Source: a virus
Lineage: Duplodnaviria; Caudoviricetes
Virus record (IMG/VR): IMGVR_UViG_3300044513_004503
Span: 1 to 37,144 of that record
Strand: one strand, 5' to 3'
DNA: 37,144 bases
Shown: in pieces, positions 18,375 through 26,447 of the stretch
Numbering within the stretch: position 1 is the first letter of the stretch
Layout: each line of letters opens with the position of its first letter
The notes under the pieces: model-generated
Seen by the model: only the letters and a program-made list of their open reading frames with translations
Told to the model about the DNA's origin: nothing
Database searches by the model: none
Made by a program: the position numbers and the translations under genes

Positions 18375-18557
18375 ATGGCTTGTAAGAAGTCTGAACTCGT
18401 TTCTGCCATCAATTCTTTCGCTAGCGCCCGTTTGTCTGGTGACGGCAACCTCATCAGTTTTGCTGCGACTCTGATCAATAACCTTGTTGATACCCTTGAG
18501 TTCGCAGCCGAAGAAGAGGCTGCTGCAGGTGAAGAAGGCGGCGAAGCTGAGGCCTGA
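18375..18557 (+). CDS. Small acidic-tailed hypothetical protein
   Basis: Biased codons; upstream TAGGAT. Confidence 0.75.
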   Translation: MACKKSELVSAINSFASARLSGDGNLISFAATLINNLVDTLEFAAEEEAAAGEEGGEAEA

Positions 18558-18566
18558 TTCATAAAC

Positions 18567-19181
18567 GTGGAGCCGCTGCGACTTCCTCAGGTCGTCCCAC
18601 TGGTTCCACCACAACTACCTGAACCTCTGCCTTTACAGGCTCCAGTTTTGGAGCTTCCGAGGGCGGAGGTTCCCTCTTATACGCCTCTTGTCTATCCCTA
18701 TGCCGATGGAACGTTTAGCGGTGCACCTGGCGTAAATACGAAGGGAGAGCAGGACGACGATCAGGATAAGAAGCAGCCTGAAAACGTAGCGCCACCCATA
18801 GTGGTACCAGCGCCAAGAGTCCAAGTACCGAGATACCAAATACCTGATAAAAAGCCCGCCGAATCGGATCTTCCACAGTTAGCTGAAGCCACTACTATTA
18901 CTTTACCGGGCACAGATATAAAAATCCCTGTACCTAGGGCAGAGATTGTTAGTGCTGCAGCGATCACATCAGTGATCAGTGTGACTGCAACTTTGACGGC
19001 ATCTGCATTATTTAAGCGGCTTGTTTCACTGTTTAAGCCTGTTATTAGCGCTTCGGTAAAGAAGATTGATAAGATGCGAAAGAAGAAACCACTTACTTTT
19101 GGACGGCAGCGATTGGAATTACGTCGGCACAGACGCCTGCATAAGGTGAAGAAGGATGGATCGTATACCCTGCCTTCTTAA
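18567..19181 (+). CDS. Pro-rich membrane protein with basic C-terminus
   Basis: Pro-rich N-terminus, IP.P..EI...A hydrophobic segment, Lys/Arg tail. Confidence 0.72.
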   Translation: MEPLRLPQVVPLVPPQLPEPLPLQAPVLELPRAEVPSYTPLVYPYADGTFSGAPGVNTKGEQDDDQDKKQPENVAPPIVVPAPRVQVPRYQIPDKKPAESDLPQLAEATTITLPGTDIKIPVPRAEIVSAAAITSVISVTATLTASALFKRLVSLFKPVISASVKKIDKMRKKKPLTFGRQRLELRRHRRLHKVKKDGSYTLPS

Positions 19182-19605
19182 TTTCTACACATTTCAAAAT
19201 TCTTACAAGCTCGTAATCTAATCTTTCCTTCTCAAGTTTTCTTTTGGCGAGTTCCTTACATAGCCTTACCATTTCAAAGTCAAGCGGCACACTTAGACTG
19301 ACTTGCGCACCGAAGTTCTGATTACGGATATAAGCTGCTTCTGGATTATTGACATCATTGCCCAGATAAAACGGCGTTAGGACCAGGGTGCTCGAATTAC
19401 AAGTATGTCCATTGCCATAGCCCTGCTGGCTATAGCTACCTTGGTTAATCTGCACCGCTTGGTTGCTTACAGAGCCACTTGATGTGGCGACTGGATTAGC
19501 AATTGCAGTGGTTCCTCCACCTTCCGCCCGTGCTGGTAAACACCAGCAAAGAGTTACTGCGAGAAGACCGACAAGCTGTTTGTAGTTGAGTTGGTTGTAA
19601 TCGAT
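19093..19605 (-). CDS. Secreted protein with signal peptide; start codon uncertain (possibly ATC at 19605)
   Basis: KQLVGLLAVTLCWCLPARA-E signal-like segment, ANPVATSSGSVSNQAVQ and Cys-containing helical C-terminus. Confidence 0.65.
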   Translation of the reverse strand: MDYNQLNYKQLVGLLAVTLCWCLPARAEGGGTTAIANPVATSSGSVSNQAVQINQGSYSQQGYGNGHTCNSSTLVLTPFYLGNDVNNPEAAYIRNQNFGAQVSLSVPLDFEMVRLCKELAKRKLEKERLDYELVRILKCVEIKKAGYTIHPSSPYAGVCADVIPIAAVQK

Positions 19606-19907
19606 CTTGTTGTGTCTGTTTGTTGTACGATGCCAGCAGAGCGGGTTACGACCTCCAGGCTGTAAGGCTTGGTGCTGTCGGTTACTGAATAGGTTGTTGA
19701 AGCCGAGTTTAAGTCCCCACTTGGTGTCAGGTTGTTTGCGCTTACGCTCCTGTAATCTCCGCCATAGACTTTGATTTGAACGGTTTCGCTGATCGTTTGA
19801 GTTGTGGTTGTGGTCGATGTCATTGACCCCTGAGTGAAGTTCGGAGTCACTGATTGAGCGCATGCAGCGCCAGGAATTAGAACCGCTAAAAATAGTAGGC
19901 GCCACAT
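19554..19907 (-). CDS. Secreted Thr/Ser-rich protein
   Basis: Signal peptide MWRLLFLAVLIPGAACA, VTPNFTQGSM, ends SLSVFSQ; TAGAAT box at 19931-19936 (-). Confidence 0.8.
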   Translation of the reverse strand: MWRLLFLAVLIPGAACAQSVTPNFTQGSMTSTTTTTQTISETVQIKVYGGDYRSVSANNLTPSGDLNSASTTYSVTDSTKPYSLEVVTRSAGIVQQTDTTRSITTNSTTNSLSVFSQ

Positions 19908-19969
19908 GTTATTTAATTCGCAATATAAAAATTCTACATCGGGCTAGGATATAAAAAATACAAGACAAG

Positions 19970-20218
19970 GTGAAGAAACACCACTCATCTTTGCGAGATG
20001 TTCTGGCGACCCTGGTCCCAGCAGGTGTTTTGTCGTGGGCACTTGCAATGCTCACGGCCAGTTACTTGGGTTACGCAAAAATCGATGCAGCCTTCATATC
20101 TTCGCTTGTGACCAGTGTTTTGGCGGTTTACGGTATTAGCCGCAGGGAAGAACCTAAAAAGCCAACTCCACCACAAATTCGACCTCCAGCCAAGCGGACA
20201 ACAAACCCTCCTCCGTAG
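19970..20218 (+). CDS. Putative holin-like two-TM protein
   Basis: Two hydrophobic helices and a basic tail, directly upstream of the endolysin. Confidence 0.6.
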   Translation: MKKHHSSLRDVLATLVPAGVLSWALAMLTASYLGYAKIDAAFISSLVTSVLAVYGISRREEPKKPTPPQIRPPAKRTTNPPP

Positions 20219-20262
20219 AGGAAAGTAAGACATTTAAGATGTATTGAGATATTGCTTCAAAG

Positions 20263-21510
20263 GTGAAGACATCCCAGGCTGGCGTAGATTTAATCAAGCT
20301 TTTCGAAGGCATCGAGCTAAAGGGATATTTGTGTCCTAGCGGGATTCCGACGGTCGGCTACGGCCACACAGGGCCTGAGGTGACGCTCGATATGCGGGTC
20401 ACTGAGCAACAGGCTGAGTGCATCCTTAAACGCGATTTGGAGCGATTCGAACAGGGTATTGAGCGCGTCCTGAAGGTTGAGCTGAATCAGAGTCAATTTG
20501 ATGCCTTGGTTTCATTCGCATTCAACGTCGGCCTCGGTGCCTTTGGCGATTCAACGCTTCTTCGTCGTCTCAATGCTGGTGAGAACCCCAGTGCTGTCGC
20601 TGCAGAAGAGCTTCCCCGCTGGAACAAAGGACCTAATGGCCCTCTCCAGGGGTTAACCCGCCGTCGTTCTGCAGAAGTAGAACTCTTTAACCAAGACGCC
20701 CCTAAACCGAAAACAGGAATGGTTGACATCACCTCGAAACAGCAGACATGGTTTAAAAAATCCACTGCTTCCTCCTCTGCACTCTCGAACGAAGAGAAGG
20801 CCAAGTGCTACCAAGGCCGGACCATCAAGGGCTGCACCATCCTGGAGCGCAAGGATGACCACACCTACCTGGAGCTTGGCTTCGGCATGGGTAAGTGGTG
20901 GATCTACGACGCCCACTGGGACGGATTGACCACCGAAACCGGCGTTGAGGTCTACACCAGCACAGGCGATCTGCGTCAGCTCCGCGACTTCCCGTACTTC
21001 TACCAGCAGGACAACGGTCCCGAAGGCTGGCGCCAGTGTCAGTCCAGCTCGATTGCGATGTGCCTGAAGTACTTAGACGTTCCCGGCATCAATGACGACA
21101 CGGATTACCTGAAGTATGTCCTGAAGAACGGCGATACGATCTACCGCGAACCTCACTTCGAAGCTTTGAGGGAACTAGGTGTTGCTGCTAAGTTCACGCA
21201 GTGTGCAGATGAAGATGACGTTAAGGAACAAATCGATCAAGGATTACCTGTTGCTGCCGGTATTCTTCATCATGGAACTGTTTCTGCTCCTGCTGGCGGC
21301 GGCCACTTTGTGGTTATTCATGGATATGGCCCAGATTATTGGCTAGTCAACGATCCTTACGGCAGGCTTGACCTCGTCAACGGCACTTGGGCTGACACCA
21401 GCCCAACAGCAGGCAAGAACGTCAAGTACAGCTTCAAGCACATGAACCCCCGCTTCTTCTATGGCGGTGGCGCTAATGGCTGGTGCTGGCTGAACTTCAG
21501 AAAAAAGTGA
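20263..21510 (+). CDS. Endolysin: GH24 lysozyme fused to a C39-like cysteine peptidase
   Basis: E-x8-C-x5-T triad (FEGIELKGYLCPSGIPTVGYG), GL.RRR.AE; C-terminal CQSSSIAM, GHFVVI.GY, NDPYG. Confidence 0.92.
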   Translation: MKTSQAGVDLIKLFEGIELKGYLCPSGIPTVGYGHTGPEVTLDMRVTEQQAECILKRDLERFEQGIERVLKVELNQSQFDALVSFAFNVGLGAFGDSTLLRRLNAGENPSAVAAEELPRWNKGPNGPLQGLTRRRSAEVELFNQDAPKPKTGMVDITSKQQTWFKKSTASSSALSNEEKAKCYQGRTIKGCTILERKDDHTYLELGFGMGKWWIYDAHWDGLTTETGVEVYTSTGDLRQLRDFPYFYQQDNGPEGWRQCQSSSIAMCLKYLDVPGINDDTDYLKYVLKNGDTIYREPHFEALRELGVAAKFTQCADEDDVKEQIDQGLPVAAGILHHGTVSAPAGGGHFVVIHGYGPDYWLVNDPYGRLDLVNGTWADTSPTAGKNVKYSFKHMNPRFFYGGGANGWCWLNFRKK

Positions 21511-21547
21511 TGTATTGACCTAAACTTTCAGGAGATCAGGTCACATC

Positions 21548-21757
21548 ATGCTGGAATCAATTGCTGAGCTCGAAAAGGGTTTAATCGCCCAACAAGAAGC
21601 CTTAGCCTCTGACATCCGGAATACCGAAACTGCTCTCCTGAACACCAAAGAAGGGTACCTGAAGGTACAAGGTGCACTCGAGATTCTCGCTATCCTTAAG
21701 ACAAAGGTGTCTAAGGAGAGCAATGAGGATGTGGCGACTGCCATCGCATTGGAGTGA
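21548..21757 (+). CDS. Small coiled-coil protein
   Basis: Heptad pattern, K.QGALE.L; TAAACT box and AGGAG upstream. Confidence 0.75.
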   Translation: MLESIAELEKGLIAQQEALASDIRNTETALLNTKEGYLKVQGALEILAILKTKVSKESNEDVATAIALE

Positions 21758-21758
21758 G

Positions 21759-21980
21759 ATGTTAGGGGACTTAAATCGCGGTCGTTACCGTGCTCTCGAG
21801 CTGATTGGAGAGCATTACAAGCGCCCTACCAGGGATTTACACCTGGACGCGATTATTTGCAACGTCCCCGACGAAGATCTGAAGTGGGTTTGTGACCGCA
21901 TGTACCACTTCGTTCTCAAGCTCCTGGAGGAAGCTGAGTACGATCCTGCTGCAGACGAGACGCCTGATATCCCCGATTAA
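21759..21980 (+). CDS. Hypothetical protein
   Basis: ATG 1 nt after previous stop, GGAG upstream. Confidence 0.7.
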   Translation: MLGDLNRGRYRALELIGEHYKRPTRDLHLDAIICNVPDEDLKWVCDRMYHFVLKLLEEAEYDPAADETPDIPD

Positions 21981-22052
21981 GCCGGATAACGGATTTGAAC
22001 CGTTGACCTTCGCTTTACAAAAGCGCTGCTCTATCCACTGAGCTAATCCGGC
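21980..22052 (-). tRNA. trnT: tRNA-Thr(UGU)
   Basis: Reverse complement GCCGGATTAGCTCAGTGGATAGAGCAGCGCT-TTTGTAA-AGCGAAGGTCAACGGTTCAAATCCGTTATCCGGCT folds as a cloverleaf; no encoded CCA. Confidence 0.95.
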
Positions 22053-22336
22053 GTGTTTTGTTGATTGCGGAGGTCGCGGTGGACCTTTCGATGGCAGTTA
22101 GCGCAGAGGCACTGACATTTTGCAATCTCGTCCAGGATAGACTGCCTGCCGCGCTCTTTCCACATCTTTGAGACCGCGTGTTCTTTGGTCTGAGGATCTG
22201 TGTGGTGCCAATCGAGCGTGATCGGATCATCTTCACCACAGCGCTCACAGGATCTAGATGCCATGAGGTCTTGATACCACTGGCGTCTGTTTTCTCTTGC
22301 CCGTTTATTTCTGGCCTTTACCTGTTCTGACGGCAA
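22043..22336 (-). CDS. HNH endonuclease between the two tRNA genes
   Basis: CERC...LDWHH.DP..K...EIAKC..LCANCHRKVH. Confidence 0.9.
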   Translation of the reverse strand: MPSEQVKARNKRARENRRQWYQDLMASRSCERCGEDDPITLDWHHTDPQTKEHAVSKMWKERGRQSILDEIAKCQCLCANCHRKVHRDLRNQQNTPD

Positions 22337-22383
22337 CTGCAGAATTTATTTCTGCGGGAATGTATCCGACCTGAATCTTGGAA

Positions 22384-22457
22384 TACCCGAGGTGGGATTC
22401 GAACCCACGCTGGAGCGATTTTAAGTCGCTTGCCTACTACCGCTGGGCTACTCGGGC
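22384..22457 (-). tRNA. trnL: tRNA-Leu(UAA) with short variable loop, no intron
   Basis: Reverse complement GCCCGAGTAGCCCAGCGGTAGTAGGCAAGCGA-CTTAAAA-TCGCTCCAGCGTGGGTTCGAATCCCACCTCGGGTA. Confidence 0.93.
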
Positions 22458-22526
22458 TTGGTATCAATGTATCGCAAAAGAGAGATGTATGCACTTTACG
22501 TTTATGTCAGGGATACATGACAGCCC

Positions 22527-22937
22527 ATGTTCCACACCGAGCAAGATCTTCTAGCGAACTTAATTGTTCTTACTCCGAAACTTGCCCGTCGAAAATTCCG
22601 AGAGCACATCTTTGAAGCCTGGGAATGGAAATGCGCTTACTGCGATAAACAATTGATGCCGGATACGGCGACTATTGATCACATTTTGCCGAAGCATAAA
22701 GGTGGTCACAACGTCCGTTCCAACATGTGCTGTGCCTGCTCAAGTTGTAATCGCTCCAAGGCTTCTAGCCTGCTGGAACATTGGTACACAGAGGACCACA
22801 AGCATTACTCCAAGGAGAGATTTGATAAACTAATTGAATGGATGGAGCAGAAACCCTGCTCGATTAAATTACCCTCAGCTACGCAGGCTGTACCGTATAT
22901 CAGTAATGACTTCTACCTCGGCTGGATCGCAACCTAG
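22527..22937 (+). CDS. HNH endonuclease (McrA-like)
   Basis: CAYC...TIDHILP..KGG....N...AC..CN..K. Confidence 0.92.
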   Translation: MFHTEQDLLANLIVLTPKLARRKFREHIFEAWEWKCAYCDKQLMPDTATIDHILPKHKGGHNVRSNMCCACSSCNRSKASSLLEHWYTEDHKHYSKERFDKLIEWMEQKPCSIKLPSATQAVPYISNDFYLGWIAT

Positions 22938-23115
22938 CGGCAAAGAGTTCCTCAACCAGTTCGTGAAGGGTGAGCGCTTAGCGCTACAGAAAGAGAAGCA
23001 GATTGCTGACCTCCAAGAAGAGCGGATTCCTCCCACTGGAGCTCAAGCATTAGCGGGTGCTCTGCCCTACTTGCAGATCAAGGATATGGCCAATAGCGGC
23101 GTGCTGAAGGTATAA
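22906..23115 (+). CDS. Small protein with GKEFLNQF motif
   Basis: ATG 22906 overlaps HNH 3' end; ends 2 nt before next start. Confidence 0.65.
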   Translation: MTSTSAGSQPSGKEFLNQFVKGERLALQKEKQIADLQEERIPPTGAQALAGALPYLQIKDMANSGVLKV

Positions 23116-23117
23116 CA

Positions 23118-23378
23118 ATGGCTGATCGAGCTAAGGCCAAACGATTAGCCAAAGAGCGGATGAAGTGCAATAAGCCTCGCCGTGATGTTCAGGGTGGCAA
23201 GAAATCCGTCGTGAAGGCCTGCGAGGGTGGCAAAGAGAAGATTATCCGTTTCGGTGACGCCAACATGGAGATCCGTCGCGATAACCCTGAGGCCCGCAAG
23301 AACTTCCGTGCCCGCCACAACTGCGACGAGAAGAAGAGCAAGCTTACGGCTGGCTACTGGAGCTGCAAGGCCTGGTAA
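23118..23378 (+). CDS. Small basic phage protein (DUF6321-like)
   Basis: K.IRFGD..M.....P..RK.FRARH.C......AGYWSC..W. Confidence 0.8.
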   Translation: MADRAKAKRLAKERMKCNKPRRDVQGGKKSVVKACEGGKEKIIRFGDANMEIRRDNPEARKNFRARHNCDEKKSKLTAGYWSCKAW

Positions 23379-24173
23379 TTAGATCAGCTGCCAGCTGCGC
23401 CACCACTTAGTGATCACATATTTCGGACCGCTAACTGGAGGCAATGCCTCGTGCATTGTTTTAAAGTTAGGCACCCCGTTTTTGTAAAGATTGTTCCAGG
23501 CAATCAGTGTTCCTTGCTTGGGCTTGACCTTTAGTTTTAGATGCTTGAAGTAAGTTTCACCGCCTTCTTCAACGTCATTCAGGTAGATCATGCTGGTCCA
23601 GGTGCGCTGGCCCATCCAGTGGCAGTAAACCTTGAATTCTTTGGTTAGAGGAGAGAAATAATCCCAGTGCTCTTTATAGTATTGACCAGGCTCATAACGC
23701 TGTGCCTGCATGGTTTCTCCCAGGAACGGGTGGAGCCCCATCCACTCTGCGATCCTCTTATCGATTGACAGGTAGAAAGGATCGTGAAAGTAGTGTAAAT
23801 CGGCAGTTTGACTGGTTCGGTAGTCAGAGACGACGCATGTATCTTTCGCGTCTGAAACCGTAGATGGGCGCAGGCTTTGGTCGATCATCGCCATGATGTT
23901 GACGCACTCACCTTTGCTCAGAAAGTCATCTTTAACGTAAACCTGGGTGAAGGGATAGCAAAGCCGTTTTGCTTTGAATCTCAGCGGGATGTCATAGAAC
24001 TTTTTATAATCAATCTTGTCTGGCTTGGCGCGGAACGAACACAAATGTTCTATCTGCCGCACCTCTTCGTCTGTGCAGTTGTACAAATCTTTGAATGTTC
24101 TTATCAACTGCTCACGACTAACGCCACCAACTGCGCTTTTCATGAATTCACTGACGAGTGCATTGTCGACCAT
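23379..24173 (-). CDS. 2OG-Fe(II) oxygenase, prolyl 4-hydroxylase-like
   Basis: RTS, Y.PGQYYKEHWD (HxD), MIYLNDVEEGGET.F, HEALP..G.KYVITKW. Confidence 0.93.
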   Translation of the reverse strand: MVDNALVSEFMKSAVGGVSREQLIRTFKDLYNCTDEEVRQIEHLCSFRAKPDKIDYKKFYDIPLRFKAKRLCYPFTQVYVKDDFLSKGECVNIMAMIDQSLRPSTVSDAKDTCVVSDYRTSQTADLHYFHDPFYLSIDKRIAEWMGLHPFLGETMQAQRYEPGQYYKEHWDYFSPLTKEFKVYCHWMGQRTWTSMIYLNDVEEGGETYFKHLKLKVKPKQGTLIAWNNLYKNGVPNFKTMHEALPPVSGPKYVITKWWRSWQLI

Positions 24174-24224
24174 TTTTTAACTTTGGATTAGGTACAATGT
24201 ATTAGTTGAAGCTTAATACCGCAA

Positions 24225-24362
24225 GTGGGAACTGCAGCAGTTGTATTTTTCGTGGTATTTGGCGGTGTATACAGCCTAAGCTCTGTTTTACTCGACCAAA
24301 ATGCAAGGCACATTTCCGCCCGATCCGGCCCACAGATTCTTACAGGACTTCGTCGCCGCTAG
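24225..24362 (+). CDS. 45-aa single-TM peptide (not in ORF track)
   Basis: GTG start, MGTAAVVFFVVFGGVYSLSSVLL...; TACAAT box at 24193-24198. Confidence 0.5.
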   Translation: MGTAAVVFFVVFGGVYSLSSVLLDQNARHISARSGPQILTGLRRR

Positions 24363-24450
24363 ACCTGAGTTGTCGATCCCTGACGAACCCGAATTTACGA
24401 TCGATCAGCGGTACATTCCTCCTCAGGGACTGCAAAATCCTCGTGATTGA
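24301..24450 (+). CDS. 49-aa protein with HRFLQDFV motif (not in ORF track)
   Basis: MQGTFPPDPAHRFLQDFVAARPELSIPDEPEFTIDQRYIPPQGLQNPRD; shares FLxxF and IPPxGxQ with 22906-23115. Confidence 0.55.
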   Translation: MQGTFPPDPAHRFLQDFVAARPELSIPDEPEFTIDQRYIPPQGLQNPRD

Positions 24451-24496
24451 CGATCAGTTCATCGCTGTTAGGATGTAAACAAGGTTTAGAACAACC

Positions 24497-24712
24497 ATGG
24501 ATGCACTAGATCTTCCAATGGACGTGGAGTTCTCAATCCACGCAGCCGCACTAGCGATTCAAAATTTGGACCGCGACGAATTGGAAGAAGCGTTCATTGA
24601 GATGCTCCACCAAAAAGCCCTGGATCGCCAAATGTTCCTGGGAATCCTCAAGGATCACGGCATCGACGCCGATATCAATTTTAATTTCTCAACGCTCGGG
24701 CAGGTTTCTTAA
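24497..24712 (+). CDS. nblA: Phycobilisome degradation adaptor NblA-like
   Basis: L.MDVEFSI...A.AIQNL.RDEL...FIEM..Q.......F.GILK aligns with cyanobacterial NblA pattern (LSLEQQFSI...VQNMS.DQA..FL.KLYEQM......Y.ELLK); 71 aa. Confidence 0.78.
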   Translation: MDALDLPMDVEFSIHAAALAIQNLDRDELEEAFIEMLHQKALDRQMFLGILKDHGIDADINFNFSTLGQVS

Positions 24713-24717
24713 ACACC

Positions 24718-25101
24718 ATGGCAACTCGCACTATCTCGGGTACTCTCGATACCTTCAGCGTTAACGCCGGTAGCGACGTTACTTACGAAGGTCCTTCGAG
24801 CGCTGGCGATAAGGGTCTGAATATCCGTGCTTTCAAGGTCAACCCTGGCAGCACTGGCGACATCATCGTCAAAATCGATCGCTCCTCTGGTGTGAATACC
24901 GTTGAGATCTTCCAGGAGGACTCTTACACCGCAGGTTCTGCTCCTACTGGCTGGACGAAGTTCGCCAATATCGCTAAGGACGGTAAAGGCAAAGGTGGTT
25001 GTGCCGTGACCGTGACTGACGCATCCAAGGATTACATTGTCCTGCTGACTCTGGACGGTTATTCTGAGGTCAGCTACGGCGGCTCTGTTGAAGTCCCCTA
25101 A
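24718..25101 (+). CDS. Beta-sandwich virion structural protein
   Basis: Gly/Thr/Ser-rich, highly biased codons. Confidence 0.7.
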   Translation: MATRTISGTLDTFSVNAGSDVTYEGPSSAGDKGLNIRAFKVNPGSTGDIIVKIDRSSGVNTVEIFQEDSYTAGSAPTGWTKFANIAKDGKGKGGCAVTVTDASKDYIVLLTLDGYSEVSYGGSVEVP

Positions 25102-25825
25102 AGAAGAGACAAGCTGGGAAGACTACCCCTTTCTTACTCAGAAAGGCATCGAGCTAATCAAACGCTACACAGTGCCCCGTACCAACATCGGTATGGGGCG
25201 TTTTGCTGCGTATAAGGATTACGGAGAGAGCCACTGGCGCATCGGCTATGGCAGTAAGCAGCTCGGCACGCGGCGCCTGAATCTGATGGATCGCGCCACA
25301 AAGGCCGAGATCGAGGCCCAGCTACTGGAAGATCTGAAGCCCTTTTCGGAGTTAGTGGCGGCTTACGTGCTGGTTCCCATGAATCGGAACAGAAAAGCAG
25401 CCATCTTGAGCTTCGCCCACAGCATTGGCATCCCTTCTTTCAAAGAATGCCGTCTCCTGGAGCTGATCAACGGTCACGCCTCGAGAAACGCGATCATCAA
25501 GGAGTGGAGTCCCTGGATTAACCGGCTTTGGATGTCTGGGGGAGAGATGTTCGTGGAGCGGCGCCGTGTCGAACTGGATTGCTATTTGGCGCCAGACAAA
25601 GAGATACCGACTTTCATGCCGCATAAATGCGTCACAAAGCAGTGCCTCCTGAATATCCCTGAAACTTTCACCGGAGCCCCTAATCAGATTAAGGCGATTG
25701 AGTATCTGGAGCGGAAGTTTCTGGACATGGATCCGTCTGGAGAGATCCTTCGTCGGTTTTTTCGCTACTGGAATGAGAAGCCCAGCGGTCTAGGGTCGCC
25801 GCCGCGTCCGGAGAGAACTGTTTAA
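25088..25825 (+). CDS. GH24 lysozyme-like protein with degenerate active site
   Basis: KGIELIK..., AYKD.....W.IGYG, N.N...A.LSFA...G, ERR..E; no Glu after LIKR. Confidence 0.8.
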   Translation: MKSPKEETSWEDYPFLTQKGIELIKRYTVPRTNIGMGRFAAYKDYGESHWRIGYGSKQLGTRRLNLMDRATKAEIEAQLLEDLKPFSELVAAYVLVPMNRNRKAAILSFAHSIGIPSFKECRLLELINGHASRNAIIKEWSPWINRLWMSGGEMFVERRRVELDCYLAPDKEIPTFMPHKCVTKQCLLNIPETFTGAPNQIKAIEYLERKFLDMDPSGEILRRFFRYWNEKPSGLGSPPRPERTV

Positions 25826-25892
25826 GACCATCCAAGGCCTCCATCAACTGGAGTTCCGGCACGTAATGCTTCAGAAATTCCTCGTATTCCAT
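25689..25892 (-). CDS. Hypothetical protein, 3' end overlapping lysozyme-like gene antisense
   Basis: TGATG coupling to upstream gene; helical N-terminal half. Confidence 0.55.
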   Translation of the reverse strand: MEYEEFLKHYVPELQLMEALDGLKQFSPDAAATLDRWASHSSSEKTDEGSLQTDPCPETSAPDTQSP

Positions 25893-26203
25893 CAGTGATC
25901 AATAGGTTGCGTGCGTTTTAGTGCGATTTTCAGCAGAACTAGATAACCAATCAGATCGCTAACCACGTCTTCATCGTTTGCCAGCAGGCCTGCACCTTTT
26001 TGGATACGGTTGAGCTTGTCATCGATTCGAACGAGAATTTGCTCGACCGCATCTGCTTTAGAAAAAATTCGGTTTGGATTAAGAGCAGAGTCCCCATACT
26101 TACGATTCTTCTCCAGCAGAAGCTCTTTAATATCCTCGCAGACTATTTTTATGTGTGCCTGGGTATCGATATAGTTCGTCAGAGGATCTACAAACTGGTC
26201 CAC
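25892..26203 (-). CDS. Nucleotide modification-associated domain 1 (Nmad1/DUF1599-like) protein
   Basis: LL.KN.KYGDS..., RIDDKL.RI...ED...DL.GY.VL. Confidence 0.8.
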   Translation of the reverse strand: MDQFVDPLTNYIDTQAHIKIVCEDIKELLLEKNRKYGDSALNPNRIFSKADAVEQILVRIDDKLNRIQKGAGLLANDEDVVSDLIGYLVLLKIALKRTQPIDH

Positions 26204-26228
26204 GATTGAGAGCTGTCAGAATGGTTCT

Positions 26229-26447
26229 ATGAAACCACAACTTAGCCAGGATTACAACGTAGACAACCGCTACAGGGGTTTAGAGCGGGCTGCTGACAAT
26301 GAAGCCGGGCGTAAATTTGTAGAGGGCTACATTTCTGCTCGTCGCCAGCGAGCTGAGCCCAATATGAAGAGCGAATTAGCTCAGGAAGACGTTTTCAACT
26401 TTGACGGAAATATCAGGTTTAGGAACCTCTTCCGCCCTAGTAAATAA
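26229..26447 (+). CDS. Small protein with GRKFVEGY motif, inserted against the minus-strand operon
   Basis: 72 aa ORF filling the gap; CAGAAT 6 nt upstream. Confidence 0.65.
   Translation: MKPQLSQDYNVDNRYRGLERAADNEAGRKFVEGYISARRQRAEPNMKSELAQEDVFNFDGNIRFRNLFRPSK

Noticed and set aside
22384-22457. Group I intron in trnL(UAA)
   Set aside because: Anticodon loop is continuous (CTTAAAA); no insertion
21980-22457. tRNA genes as prophage att sites or host boundary
   Set aside because: Phage-type genes on both sides, no integrase, no duplicated tRNA 3' end
24206-24478. 90-aa ORF from the track upstream of nblA
   Set aside because: Implausible composition; two shorter ORFs in the other frames (24225-24362, 24301-24450) explain the region better
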